From Piromyces finnis finn (taxonomy: Eukaryota; Fungi; Neocallimastigomycota), in contig MCFH01000084.1 in assembly GCA_002104945.1 (NCBI GenBank), forward strand, positions 95,191 to 159,190: a stretch of DNA of 64,000 nucleotides, written 5' to 3'. This document shows, in pieces, positions 36,216-48,264 of this stretch; positions within the stretch are counted from its first letter, which is position 1, and the number at the start of each line of letters is the position of its first letter. Under the pieces are notes generated by a model that worked only from the letters and a program-made list of their open reading frames with translations, did no database searches and had not been told where the DNA came from. The translations under genes were made by a program, and so were the position numbers.

Positions 36216-37032
36216 ATTAGTTAAATTGATAAAAATAATAAGTAATAATTATTACTTATCTTGACTTGTTTTTTCAAGTTTAGAAACTATCTTTACAGTA
36301 CTAATTAAATATAGTACAAAAATATAAATAAGTATAAAAAGTCTTTAAAACACAAAAATTTTGATTTAGGGAAAATAAAATAAATATAAAATAATTAGAA
36401 AAATCTATTAAGACAATATTATTATTTTCGTTTCTATTTATAAAGAAAGTAAATAATAAGTAATAAAAACAAAAAGAAATAAAAATAATGAAATAAAAAT
36501 ATTTTTATTTTCATTTTTTCCCTTTTTTGTAATAAAATGTATGCAAATAAAAAATAAATATTAAATAATATAAAATTTTATTTTTTGTTTTAAAAATAAA
36601 CATAATAAAATTGTAAATAAAAAAAAATTGAAGTTTTATTTTTAAGAACTTTTGTGTTTAAAAAAATATTAATAATATATTTATTATTTATAATATAAAT
36701 ATATAATATTTAATTGAGAGAGAATATAATTAAAAAATATTTTAAATAATAATGATGTTTAAAAATATTTAGAGTGTGTTTATGATAATATTTAATATTG
36801 GAAAGATGACTTTAAAAAGTAGTTAGCATTACAAAAAAAGATAAATTTTTAATATATTTTAGATTTAGTTGTTAGCAGAAATATTTTTTTTAAAAAAGCG
36901 AAAATAATTCCATTAAGAATAAAAAATAAATGATAAGAATTTATTGTTTAATTTAACAAATATACCATATAATCATACCGCGGAACTTCTAACCAAAATC
37001 ATGCCTTTTGCTATTGGCCAGCAATGGTCAAT

Positions 37033-37279
37033 CCCTCTTGGGAACGTGCCTTCATTTATTTAATAAATGTAGTTTCTCAAGGGGGTCTACTCATGCTCAT
37101 GGTACTGAGAGAGTAGAAAGAATTAAATCCAAGTATTGCGCAATGGATGCTTGGTGCCCTCTTAGGAATGTGCCTTCATTTATTTAATAAATGTAATTTC
37201 TCAAGGGGGTCTACTCATGCTCATGGTACTGAGAGAGTAGAAAGAATTAAATCCAAGCATTGCGCAATGGATGCTTGGT
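37033..37279 (+). repeat. 5' UTR monomers of E6 (124 + 123 bp), candidate internal promoter or structured RNA
   Basis: ccctctt at 37033 and 37157; each unit contains three inverted repeats. Confidence 0.9.
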
Positions 37280-37924
37280 TAGTCTTCAAGGGAAAATTAT
37301 TAGGACTAAGCTCATGGTACTGAGCGATTAAAAAACATTTTATTCATCAAATTTAAGTATTTGATGAATAAGTGAATGTTTGATTTTTCAGGTAAGTTTG
37401 TATAGTATTTAATTAGAAGAGTAATACATTTTGTTGCTGTATTTTTTCTTTTATTCATGTATTCATGTAGTACTACTCTTCTCTTGTAAGAATCCAATGT
37501 AGTCAACTTTAGCATTTGCATTGTACTTTTATATTCATGTAGCTATTGTTGTATTGTTTCTTGTAAGAGACTGATTCACTCTACATCATGTAAAAATACT
37601 ATTCACAAGCTTTCTGGTGTCGACATTCTTGATTCAAATTTTTTACCAATTTAAATATTTAATGAAAAGTAAAGTCAAACAAGTTTAGTGTCAAAAAGCG
37701 AATCGAATTTACTAACAACAAACCAAAACTAGAATTTTTAAAGAAAATTTACAACTAGAATTCAAAAAAAAAGAAACTTTAAACAAAGCATCGTAACAAT
37801 TTTTGTACTATCCAGTACTTTTAAGAAGAGAGAGAGAGACAGATTTTTTTCCATATACGTTATATTTGTAATTTTTATTAGTATTTATTTTATATTCAAT
37901 ATTTTTTAATTAGAATTAATTATC

Positions 37925-40900
37925 ATGTCAGTCCTTTATATTAAAGATAAGAATTATATCAGACGTGGTACCCGGTCTTATGGTATCCCCTTAGATGATA
38001 TTCGCTCCTTCTTTATCCGTGGTATTCGATCATGGTCAGTAAATATGCTATGGGAAAAACTCGAGGTTATTCTAGAAGATAAATTTAATTCAGTTATTAG
38101 TGTTAAATATTTTCAAACTTTCAATGATCACTTTTTCTTAGTCAAGGTTCATGGTTCATCAAAAGATTGTATTAAAATCTTACACATGTTAAAGAAGAAA
38201 CTTTCAGTTACCTCAATTTCCTTTTCAGCTCGTAGTAGAAGGAATCACAAATACACTTTTTCCACTCTCAAACGTAAAATTTTAGTTTCTAATAAATATC
38301 AACATTCTATTCAACAATCATTTCAACAATCAGTTCAACAATCAGTTCAACAATCTCATCAACAATCCGATCTTCAACAAGATCTTCAACAGGATCTTCA
38401 ACAAGTTTCCCATCATGAAAATATTCCAGATCTACAGCAAACACAATTTCAATCTCAACATTCAACAATTAATTCTAATAGTTCTATCAACTCTGATAAC
38501 AGTTCAATAGTTGATAGTTCTTCAGTTTCACAGCCATCTAGTAATAGTTCTACTTATTCCTCTGATGCATCATCCATTAATAACGATGACTTTAATAATA
38601 ATAATAATAGCAACGATTCTTCCTCATACAACAAGCCTGATAACTTTTCTTTTTGTCTTAGTTGGAACACCAATGGGTGGAATCATGAAAAGAGAGATAG
38701 TATTAGCTATTTCACAGCTATTTTCAAACCATTATTCTTATGTTTCCAAGAAACTGGTAATGGTTCTAGATTGAATACAGATTATCCTTGTCGTGTTACT
38801 TTGCGAAACTATAGACACTTTTTCAAGAAAGCTGACGAATCAGTTCCGGGAATGAGAGGTTTATATTTAGGTTTTCACAATTCGTGTCAAGCCTCACTTG
38901 AAAACTTCTCTGGAAAGTATATTATTTCTATTTATACTTTTAGTCTCTGGAATAGATTCAAATGCTCGATTGGAAATGTTTATATGCCTCATAGTCATCA
39001 CAACATCTATGTTGATCATGCAAAGTTAGAAGTTCGCTTGTGGTTACAAACTCATTCATCCCATCCATCGATTCTTGTTGGTGATTTTAATATGTCTAAA
39101 GTAAAATTATCCAACTGGTTATCAACTAATGGATTAGGAGATTGGGAAATTCTTCCGCTTAGAGGGTCTACTATCTCTTGGACTCGAGGTGATCAATCTT
39201 CCGACATTGACCATGCTCTTATCAATTCGAAGATGAAAGATCTTATTCACTCAGGATCATTTATAAATAATTTTTATCCTGTATCAGACCATAAGCCACT
39301 TCTTATTAATGGTAAAATTATTCCTATGGATGATTTTTCTAATGACTTTAATGTTCCTAAGAAAATTCTGAAATGGAATAGATTAAAATGTATTGAGGAA
39401 AAGGAATCTATTCTCAGTCATAATAAATTCCAAATACTTTCAGCAAAATCCAGCGATCCTAATGTTTCTACAGATGAACTTTCCAAAGAGTTTACTTCAA
39501 CTGCTTTTTCAATTGCAGACGAGCTCAGTATTACTTCAGCAAATAATGTTATAAAGTCTTCATTTCATATTTCACAACAAATTTTTAATCTTCAAAAAAT
39601 CAAAATGAAGTTGTATAAGAGATTTAAAAAAGAAAGAATTTATGATATAGATGAATTTATTAAAAGAATTAAAATCTACCGTAAACTCATTGATTACATC
39701 CACAAAAGATGTAATGAATTTAGGAAGCAAGAATATCTTCATTGGATTAAAACAGGATGTGAGTATATGAAGAGTCATAATCCTAAGAAGGCCTGGAAAT
39801 GGATCAAGAAAACTGCAAAAATTGGAAAAGATTCCTTCTTTATTGCTCAACCAATTAAAAATAAAAATGGAGAATTAGTTGTTGCTACGGAAGAACAACT
39901 AGATGTGTGGCATGATCATTTCGAAAAGCTTGCATCAGATCCAAGTGGTGTAAGTCTTGATTTGGAGCATTGGTATGAAGAACCAACGAATAAACGTTTT
40001 TCACTTCCTATGCTTGATGAGTGGGATATCAACCAAGATATTAGTATTGATGAAGTCAAGTCAGCTATCCTCACTACTCCAAATTATAAAGCATCAGGTC
40101 CGGATGGTATTCCAATTGAATTTTACAAAGCATTAGTTCCATCAAGTAATGATTCTAATAATGCTACAGATAATAATTCTTCTGGTAATACTACTTCAGA
40201 TAATGATGCTCATGGTTTAAATTTTATTCTTAAATTATTCAACCGTATTTGGGATGGAGATTTCCCCAACTCATGGAATGAATCCAGTATTGTTTCTATT
40301 CCTAAGAAGGGAGATTTGACAGATTGTGATAACTATCGAGGTATATCACTTATCAATAATGGTATTAAGTTGATTTCCAAAATTGTCACCACTAGAATCT
40401 CAGAATATGGTTTAAAGAATAATTTCATTAGACCTGAACAATTTGGTTTTCGAAAAAAGGAAGAAAGTATTAGTCTTTTCATTTCAATCCAAGAAATATG
40501 CCGTAGACGTCAATTAGATAATAAAGAGACATATTTGGCCTTTTTAGATCTCAGGAAAGCATACGATTCAGTCCCAATCGGTAATATTCTCCATAAATTA
40601 GATTGTTTAGGAATCCGAGGTAAGAGTCTACAATTTATCAAAAATTTATATTTAACATCTAAGGCTAATGTCAAATTAGATGGACAATTCTCGAAATCTT
40701 TTGATGTGAAGAAAGGAGTCCGTCAAGGTTGCCCACTTTCGCCTATTCTTTTTAATCTCTTTATTAATGATATATTTAAAGAGTGTGAAGATCTCGGAGT
40801 CAGTTTAGGTGACACTCGATGCTGTGGTGGACTTTTTGCAGATGATATAGTTATTTGTGCTCCAACAAGAGGATGCTTAAAAAAGATGCTTAGAAGAGTT

Positions 40901-42475
40901 AATGAATGGGCCTTGTATAATGAAATGGAATTTGGTATCCAGAAATGTTCAACGATGGTGATTCGTCCTGAATCAATAGAAAATCAGAACAAGAGAGATC
41001 CAACATTTTACTTAGCAGGACAACCCATTCCAACTACTGACTGCTACACTTATCTTGGTGTTCCATTTGATAAGAATCTGTCCCTTAAACCAGTAATTAA
41101 AGCTCTTAATAACAAGGTTTTGAAAGGGCTTTTCTCAGTCAGTAAATTCTTAAGAAATCCTAATATTCCTATTCCTTTCAAAAAACTAGTACTTAACTCT
41201 CAAGTGATTAGCAGAGTTTCATACTTTGCACCATTACTTGGATCCAACAAAGCTAGGTCTAGGATTGCTCAGAAGCATGTTAACAAAGGAATACGATGGG
41301 TTGCCGGAGTTCATAAAGCTGTATCGTTTATATCTTTATACTCTATTTCAAAAGATTTGAATATTCCTCCATTGTCAGCCAAATGTGCGTTAGCTCAGGT
41401 TAGATGTTTTAACAAATGGAAAAACTCAAATTGTATTATCTCACACCTTGTCAATTACATTCCTAAATTTAGAAAATACACGTGGTGCAAATCAAGTAGG
41501 ACACTTGATAAAAAACTAAAGAAACATGGAGATGTTAAAGCAGTTAAAAACTTTTATTGGAAAGATCTCAAAGGGAATTCAATCAAAGCGCAATATTATG
41601 ATGATAATAAATTTATTGAAACTAAAGATTTTATTAAATTATGTTATGAATACCCAGAGTTTGCCTATGGCTTCTACTGGCTATTGAAAGCAAGAAGCGG
41701 ATACAAGTTGGATGCTAGAGTTGCCAAAGCTGCTAAATTTGTTGATCCAATTTGTCCTAACTACTGTCCATGTTGCAAGTGTGGTGTTCAAAGTATTAAA
41801 CATTGGTTATTAGATTGTCCAACATTTAGAGATATCCGTATTAAACATTATGATTCCATAGTCCAGCTATTAAATTTTTTCAGTCAACGTAATTCCAATA
41901 GTCCTATCAATAATAATGAAATTGATAATGTCAGTAGAGATAGCAATAACAGTAATAGTAATAGTAACAATAATAATAATAACAATAGTAATAATAACAA
42001 TAGTAGTAATAGTAATAATAGAAATAGTAATAATAACAATAGTAGTAATAGAAATAATAATATTAATAATGATAGCAATAGTGAAGATAATAATTCTAAT
42101 TTAGATAGTAATTTAGTTAATGATAGTAATAGTTCTAATAATCCGGTGAATATTAATGTGTATGATTATTCTAGTGTGTGCAGTAAAATATTTAAATTCC
42201 TTCTTGGGGGAAGAAGTTTTAACAATATTAATTACAATTCAAGGGAATGGAAAGAACTTTGTAAGCGTCAGATTCAATCTGGTACTAATGAAGGAGCACC
42301 ATTCTTGACGGTAACCGCGGAACTTCTAACCAAAATCATGCCTTTTGCTATTGGCCAGCAATGGTCAATGTTCAAAAGGTTTGAAGCAACATCCAAGAGC
42401 GTCAATGCTGAAGAAACAGTAAGACAGGCCAGGAGGGCCAGCGCAACCAATGGAGATCATAATTTTGTCCCATGA
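37925..42475 (+). CDS. Non-LTR retrotransposon polyprotein (APE-RT-CCHC), 1516 aa
   Basis: Intact ORF with all APE, RT (FADD) and CCHC motifs. Confidence 0.97.
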   Translation: MSVLYIKDKNYIRRGTRSYGIPLDDIRSFFIRGIRSWSVNMLWEKLEVILEDKFNSVISVKYFQTFNDHFFLVKVHGSSKDCIKILHMLKKKLSVTSISFSARSRRNHKYTFSTLKRKILVSNKYQHSIQQSFQQSVQQSVQQSHQQSDLQQDLQQDLQQVSHHENIPDLQQTQFQSQHSTINSNSSINSDNSSIVDSSSVSQPSSNSSTYSSDASSINNDDFNNNNNSNDSSSYNKPDNFSFCLSWNTNGWNHEKRDSISYFTAIFKPLFLCFQETGNGSRLNTDYPCRVTLRNYRHFFKKADESVPGMRGLYLGFHNSCQASLENFSGKYIISIYTFSLWNRFKCSIGNVYMPHSHHNIYVDHAKLEVRLWLQTHSSHPSILVGDFNMSKVKLSNWLSTNGLGDWEILPLRGSTISWTRGDQSSDIDHALINSKMKDLIHSGSFINNFYPVSDHKPLLINGKIIPMDDFSNDFNVPKKILKWNRLKCIEEKESILSHNKFQILSAKSSDPNVSTDELSKEFTSTAFSIADELSITSANNVIKSSFHISQQIFNLQKIKMKLYKRFKKERIYDIDEFIKRIKIYRKLIDYIHKRCNEFRKQEYLHWIKTGCEYMKSHNPKKAWKWIKKTAKIGKDSFFIAQPIKNKNGELVVATEEQLDVWHDHFEKLASDPSGVSLDLEHWYEEPTNKRFSLPMLDEWDINQDISIDEVKSAILTTPNYKASGPDGIPIEFYKALVPSSNDSNNATDNNSSGNTTSDNDAHGLNFILKLFNRIWDGDFPNSWNESSIVSIPKKGDLTDCDNYRGISLINNGIKLISKIVTTRISEYGLKNNFIRPEQFGFRKKEESISLFISIQEICRRRQLDNKETYLAFLDLRKAYDSVPIGNILHKLDCLGIRGKSLQFIKNLYLTSKANVKLDGQFSKSFDVKKGVRQGCPLSPILFNLFINDIFKECEDLGVSLGDTRCCGGLFADDIVICAPTRGCLKKMLRRVNEWALYNEMEFGIQKCSTMVIRPESIENQNKRDPTFYLAGQPIPTTDCYTYLGVPFDKNLSLKPVIKALNNKVLKGLFSVSKFLRNPNIPIPFKKLVLNSQVISRVSYFAPLLGSNKARSRIAQKHVNKGIRWVAGVHKAVSFISLYSISKDLNIPPLSAKCALAQVRCFNKWKNSNCIISHLVNYIPKFRKYTWCKSSRTLDKKLKKHGDVKAVKNFYWKDLKGNSIKAQYYDDNKFIETKDFIKLCYEYPEFAYGFYWLLKARSGYKLDARVAKAAKFVDPICPNYCPCCKCGVQSIKHWLLDCPTFRDIRIKHYDSIVQLLNFFSQRNSNSPINNNEIDNVSRDSNNSNSNSNNNNNNNSNNNNSSNSNNRNSNNNNSSNRNNNINNDSNSEDNNSNLDSNLVNDSNSSNNPVNINVYDYSSVCSKIFKFLLGGRSFNNINYNSREWKELCKRQIQSGTNEGAPFLTVTAELLTKIMPFAIGQQWSMFKRFEATSKSVNAEETVRQARRASATNGDHNFVP

Positions 42476-42686
42476 TAAAATTTTGATCTTTGGCTCGGTG
42501 TCCCATTGGAAGTCAAATACAATTATTATACTTTAGTATGATAGTGGCTTTCTTACTTTAATTAAAATTACTAGAATACATTATACCCAGTTTTTATTCA
42601 TTTGTGTTTATTTAAACATATTTTTTTTATTTTTATTTTTATTTTTAATTTTTTATTACATGTATTATAATTTTAATTAAATTAAT

Positions 42687-42692
42687 AATAAA
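42687..42692 (+). terminator. Candidate polyadenylation signal of the LINE
   Basis: AATAAA 22 nt upstream of the poly(A) start; all copies except E8 end ...ttgatgccgtt-poly(A), and E8 ends ...ttgatgccatt-poly(A). Confidence 0.5.
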
Positions 42693-42711
42693 GTTTAAAA
42701 TATTTGATGCC

Positions 42712-42754
<43 letters not shown>

Positions 42755-45700
42755 CTATTGGCCAGCAATGGTCAATGTTCAAAAGGTTTGAAGCAACATC
42801 CAAGAGCGTCAATGCTGAAGAAACAGTAAGAATAATTTTGTTCCATGATAAAATTTTGATCTTTGGCTCGGTGTCCCATTGGAAGTCAAATACAATTATT
42901 ATACTTTAGTATAATAGTGGCTTTCTTACTTTAATTAAAATTACTAGAATACATTATACCCAATTTTTATTCATTTGTGTTTATTTAAACATATTTTTTT
43001 TATTTTTGTTTTTATTTTTAATTTTTTATATTACATGTATTATAATTTTAATTAAATTAATAATAAAGTTTAAAATATTTGATGCCGTTAAAAAAAAAAA
43101 AAAAAAAAAAAACATATAATCATAAATACTATTATTATTAAAAATAAGAATATTAAATAGCATAGAAAATGTTTCAAACTCTTTATACTTTTCTATTCAA
43201 ATTGTATTCAAATTGTACCATTGAATAGCTTTTTCATAATAAATACAATAATTAATTCATCACTTACTTCCTGAAATGGAAGTAAGAAAAACAATTTATA
43301 ACTATATTTTTACATTCCTTCTTGGTGGAATTTTTGCTTATGATGAGCTACAAATCGATAAAGCGGAACAAAGGCATTTGAATGAACAGCTTTACAGTTC
43401 ATCGGGGGTCTTATGTTCCATAGGTAGAGGGTCTCGTAGCTTTTCTTATTAAAACAATCCTTATCATTAGTAGCCCTATGAAGCTACTTTTTGATAAGAC
43501 ACCTAACGTAATCAAAAGCGCCGACGTCGTTACGGCAAAAGAGCATTCCTAATGTTCCGTACACAGGGTCCAATGCTAGTATTTCTTCAAATGAAAACAT
43601 TATGAGTTCATGAGAGAGTTTAGTGGACACCACACTATCCTACCTGATGTTACTTTTCATTTTTATTTCATTTAATTTATTAGGTAGGGATCAATCCCAC
43701 ATAGTACAAATTTCAGAGTTCATTGAACTTTTATTATTATTTTTATTTATCATTTATTATAACAACATGTATTATCATCTAATATAATATAATATCTCAA
43801 ATAAATAAAAGAAGAAATGTATTCTCTTCCAACTCTAAAAAAAAAAAAAAAAAAATATTGAATAGAATATTAATATTAATATATATAATAATTTTTTTTT
43901 ATTTTTCAAAGTTTTTTGATATTTTTATGTTATATGTTTTTTAAGGTAGTAAATTCTATAAAAGAAATTTAACACCCTGTATTAAAATACTTATTTAACC
44001 TTGTTTTTTAAATTATATTGTTTTAATAGTAAATTTATATTTCAACTCTAATATAGAAAAATAAGTTTACACTTTTTAAAAATATAAAACTCCTAATACT
44101 ATTTAACTCAATTGATATAAAAGTTTTATCAATTTTTATTTTTATTTATTTTTTTTTATTCAGAAAGGTTTAAATATTAGCCTTTAACCCATACAAAATT
44201 TTTATAGGATTAAAATAAATATAGACATATAGGATTAGGTAATTTATAATTTAAAAAAAAAAATTATTAAATATATAGGATTAGGAAACTTTAAATTTTA
44301 AACTAAGAAATAACCTATGGTGTGTGTGAATAAATAAATTTAATAACAAGTTTTCATAAAAATATATATTTTTATAATTTATATATATAATATTGAATGT
44401 TTTTTCCTTATTACAATAAAAATACATTTTATTATTCTAATTTATTATTATATATGTTTTTAAGTTTTACTAATTTTTCATTTTATTAATAGAAAACAAC
44501 ATTATATCTCTTTTTATTATATAGTGTTGTTAGTTTTATTATATTTTTATTGAATACTACAAAGAAACTTATTATTACATTTAAAATATAAACATTTTTG
44601 TTATGAGTGAAGGAGTTTAAATAATGAAATGGATTAACAAGTTTTTATTAACTTTCTTTTATGTAATTCTTTTATTTAAAAAATATTATTTCATTTTTTG
44701 AATTCTTTTTAATTTAAATAATAGTAAAATTGATATAGGAATAGGCCATTTAATACTAGATATAGAGTTTTGAAGTATTATACATTTTTTTATAAATAAT
44801 AAATATTATTAAAAAGATTCAGTTTATATTTTAACTAAATGATGCTTTCTAGATGATTTACATAACAATAATATAAAAATTGTTTTAGTTGTTTGTAACA
44901 ACAGTAACGACAACAATAATAAAAATAATAAAACACACAAACACACATACAAAAAAAAAAAAAATAAAATAAAGTAGTAATAAAATTTACTATTCAATAG
45001 TAAATAGAATTACTTTATAGAATTATTATATATCAAAAGTATTCATTCTTTATAAAAAAAGAATCAATTAATGTTAGTTTTCTAATAAATTAGAATAAAA
45101 TTGATATTTCAAATGAGTGCTTTTTGCACAGCTAAATTAGTATTAACTACTCATATAAACAATATAAAATACTATATAATCATAAAGTTATTAACATACA
45201 TATTATTTTTAATCAAAGTTATTAGTGATTATTGTTTATTATTAAAATTTCCCACTATTACCTTTCTTTTTTACTTTTATTATTTTAAATGTTTTATTTT
45301 TGCTGATCTAATTTATGATAATATTATTTTTACTGGCTTTTATTATGATGATGATAAATATTATTACATTGTCAACATTTAAAATTAATAATATTTAAAA
45401 ATAAACATATTATCAAATATATTATTAAATAAAGTTTATTCCGTTATATTGATCTTGTTGATTTAATATATATTTTTTAGTTTTGATATATTATCAATAT
45501 AATATAATAAATAAAATAATTAAATTTTATTAAAATATAAATTAAATTTTATAATTTAATAATAATAAGATTTTAATTTTTTGTCTATTTCTATTTTGCG
45601 AATGTTATACAAACAAAATTATAAAGAAGAGATAATTAATATTAGTAATTATGAATAACTTTTTTTAAAAAAGACATTTATATATTTAATTTATATTAAT

Positions 45701-48264
45701 AACTATACATTATTAAATATTAAATACTTATTTTTTAAATGAATTTTCCATATAGAAAATAGAACTTTAAAACAAAGTTAAAGGATACTTGAATTAAAAA
45801 AAAAAGTTTAAATTTTAATATGAAATTAAAATATATAAATAATAATGTATATTTCATAATCAAATGTTATTTTCTTTTAATTAATTATTTAAATAATCAT
45901 ATGATATATTAAATATATCCTTATAAAGAAAATGAATTTAAAGTTTTTGTTTCTTCCTTTTTTGTAGTATAATTAAATTTATCGATAAAATATATCTTAA
46001 AAAGTAATAATAAAAAAAAGTGATCATATGATTATTATTGTCATTCATAAAAAATGTTATTGCTTTTATTTATTATAGTTTTTAAAAGCATTAATCATTT
46101 ATATCAAATATTTTTATCATTCATACATATTACTTTTAGAAAATGCTTAAAAGTAATATTTTTTTATATATCATTAAATCTTTACTAATGAAAACTAGGT
46201 ATAATATCTATCCAATTAAAATACATTTTAAAAATTCTTATCCATCGTTATAGTTTATAAAGTTTTTAATTTTTTTGACAAAGTATAATAATTAATGCTC
46301 TGCTTTAATATATATTTGTACTAATGAAAAATGTCACATTAATTTTCTATTACTATTTAAGGATCGATTTAATCTATTATCTAATTAATCTAATAATTTA
46401 TTATTAATCGTTAAATAACCGATACCTCAACAAAAAATACTAGTCTTATTTTTTGTTTAATACTTGATTCTATTTAAACTATATATAATTGTTAAATAAT
46501 ATTCCTATTATATAGTATTAAATATTAATGTTTTTTTTACTATCCTTTTTTTTCTATTTATTTTTTAAAATATATAAATCATTCCTTTTATGTAAAATGT
46601 CACCATAAATTAATTATATAATTTGTCACCCAAATTGTTCTATCCATTAGCAACAAACAACAACAAAAAATTAATATTATCTATCCTAATAATTATTTTA
46701 ATATTATAGTTTATATTTAAAACATAAAGTGAGCAACAATAACTAAGACAACAACAACTACAACAACAATAAAAAAACAAAGGAGTAGAATAATTTTAAT
46801 TATATTGTTTTGAAGATACATTCAAAATATTAATAAGGAGATTAGAATATACAATTATATAAAAAAATTAAATTAAAATCTAAGTATTTCTTTCGTTTTT
46901 ATTATGGTTTTAGTTTAGCCAATCCTAAATAAAATTTAATTATTGTTTAAATTATATTTTGTATTCATTAATAAACACAATATTTAATGTAGTAGGATAA
47001 CAATGTGTTTTTTATAATAACAAAGACTTTGAGTGATATTAGATAGTCAATTTTTCAATATTAATAAATTTAATAGACAAATATACCGTATTTTATTAAT
47101 ATTTTTTTTTATGATACAAAACCAAAAAATTGGGTAATATTATTAAATTTGTTATAACGTCTTTTTTTAAGAAGAGAAAAAAATAAAGCATAGTGGAATT
47201 TTATTTTTTTTTAAATTTTCATTCAAACTTTATTAAATAATAAAATTAAATGTGGACTTTATTAATAAAATAAATTAATATTGAAATATATAATACTTAA
47301 TTGTATACTTTATGATTTTTTGATATTTTTTAAAAATAAAATATTCACAATATTTAGATATTAAATATATATTTTGTTATACTTTCCATATATCGTAGTA
47401 ATCTTAAAATTTTTATATATAACAACAAACCTGAATATAGATTTGAAAGATTTAATATTAAAAAAGTATATTAAATTTATTACTTTATTAAGTTTAATTA
47501 ATATTGTTATTAATTTTACAATAGAATGATATTATTCTTATATTAATTTATATATTGATTTATATATACATTATAATATATAGATAATATAATATACAAT
47601 ATATATTAAAAATAATAATATAATTTAATTTATTTTGTAATCTTTAAAACTTTTATAATAAATGATATTTCCTTAAAAGGAAAATTATATTAAAATGATA
47701 AAAGTAATTAAATATTTTAATAATAAAAGTATTGAAATATAAGAATAATTTTTACAAATAAGGAAGTTCCTATGAAATTACTTGATCACACTATAAAGAA
47801 GGCTCCATTAATATATTAAAATAGTTAATTTAATAGTATCATACATATTTTAATAAAAATATATGTAATATATGTATTAATATATTAACAATATACAAAT
47901 AAAATTAAAAATATACTTTATCGATAAAGCCTATTCATTTTCAATAATTCCTTTTATAAGTAATTAAATTTTAAAATAAAGTAGTAATATGAAGATAGAA
48001 ATTTGGTACAATTCCATATTTTTTATTATTAATATTCTATATATGTAAAATCATAAAAACATTTTATATATTACTTTTTATAAAATAGCCTTCAATATCA
48101 TAATAAACAAAATTTTATATAAATCATAAATTATTTATTAATTAAAATTAATTAATATTATAATAAATTAATATTTTATATTGCAATTAAATTAAATTTT
48201 TTTATATAAAATAAAGAAAATTTTCCAAAAATAAATTTTTAATTCAAAATCAAAATTTATTAAA

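Larger units (their letters stand above)
37033..42750 (+). mobile_element. Family A LINE copy E6, full length
   Basis: Starts ccctcttgggaac; two monomers, about 890-nt 5' UTR, intact ORF, poly(A) 42715-42750; 26-bp TSD tttgctattggccagcaatggtcaat at 37007-37032 and 42751-42776. Confidence 0.95.
36978..43112 (+). mobile_element. Family A LINE copy E7, short 5'-truncated (36978-37032 plus 42751-43112), interrupted by E6
   Basis: 12-bp TSD catataatcata at 36966-36977 and 43113-43124; poly(A) 43090-43112; 34-bp internal deletion near 42831. Confidence 0.9.

Noticed and set aside
37033-37156. Assignment of the monomer to HDV-like, hammerhead or twister ribozymes
   Set aside because: A G-U-closed 7-bp P1-like pairing exists in internal units, but I cannot find the P1.1, P3 or catalytic C elements of HDV. 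CTGAGAG...GAAA lacks the CUGANGA core and stem II, and there is no twister core. Left as an unassigned structure.
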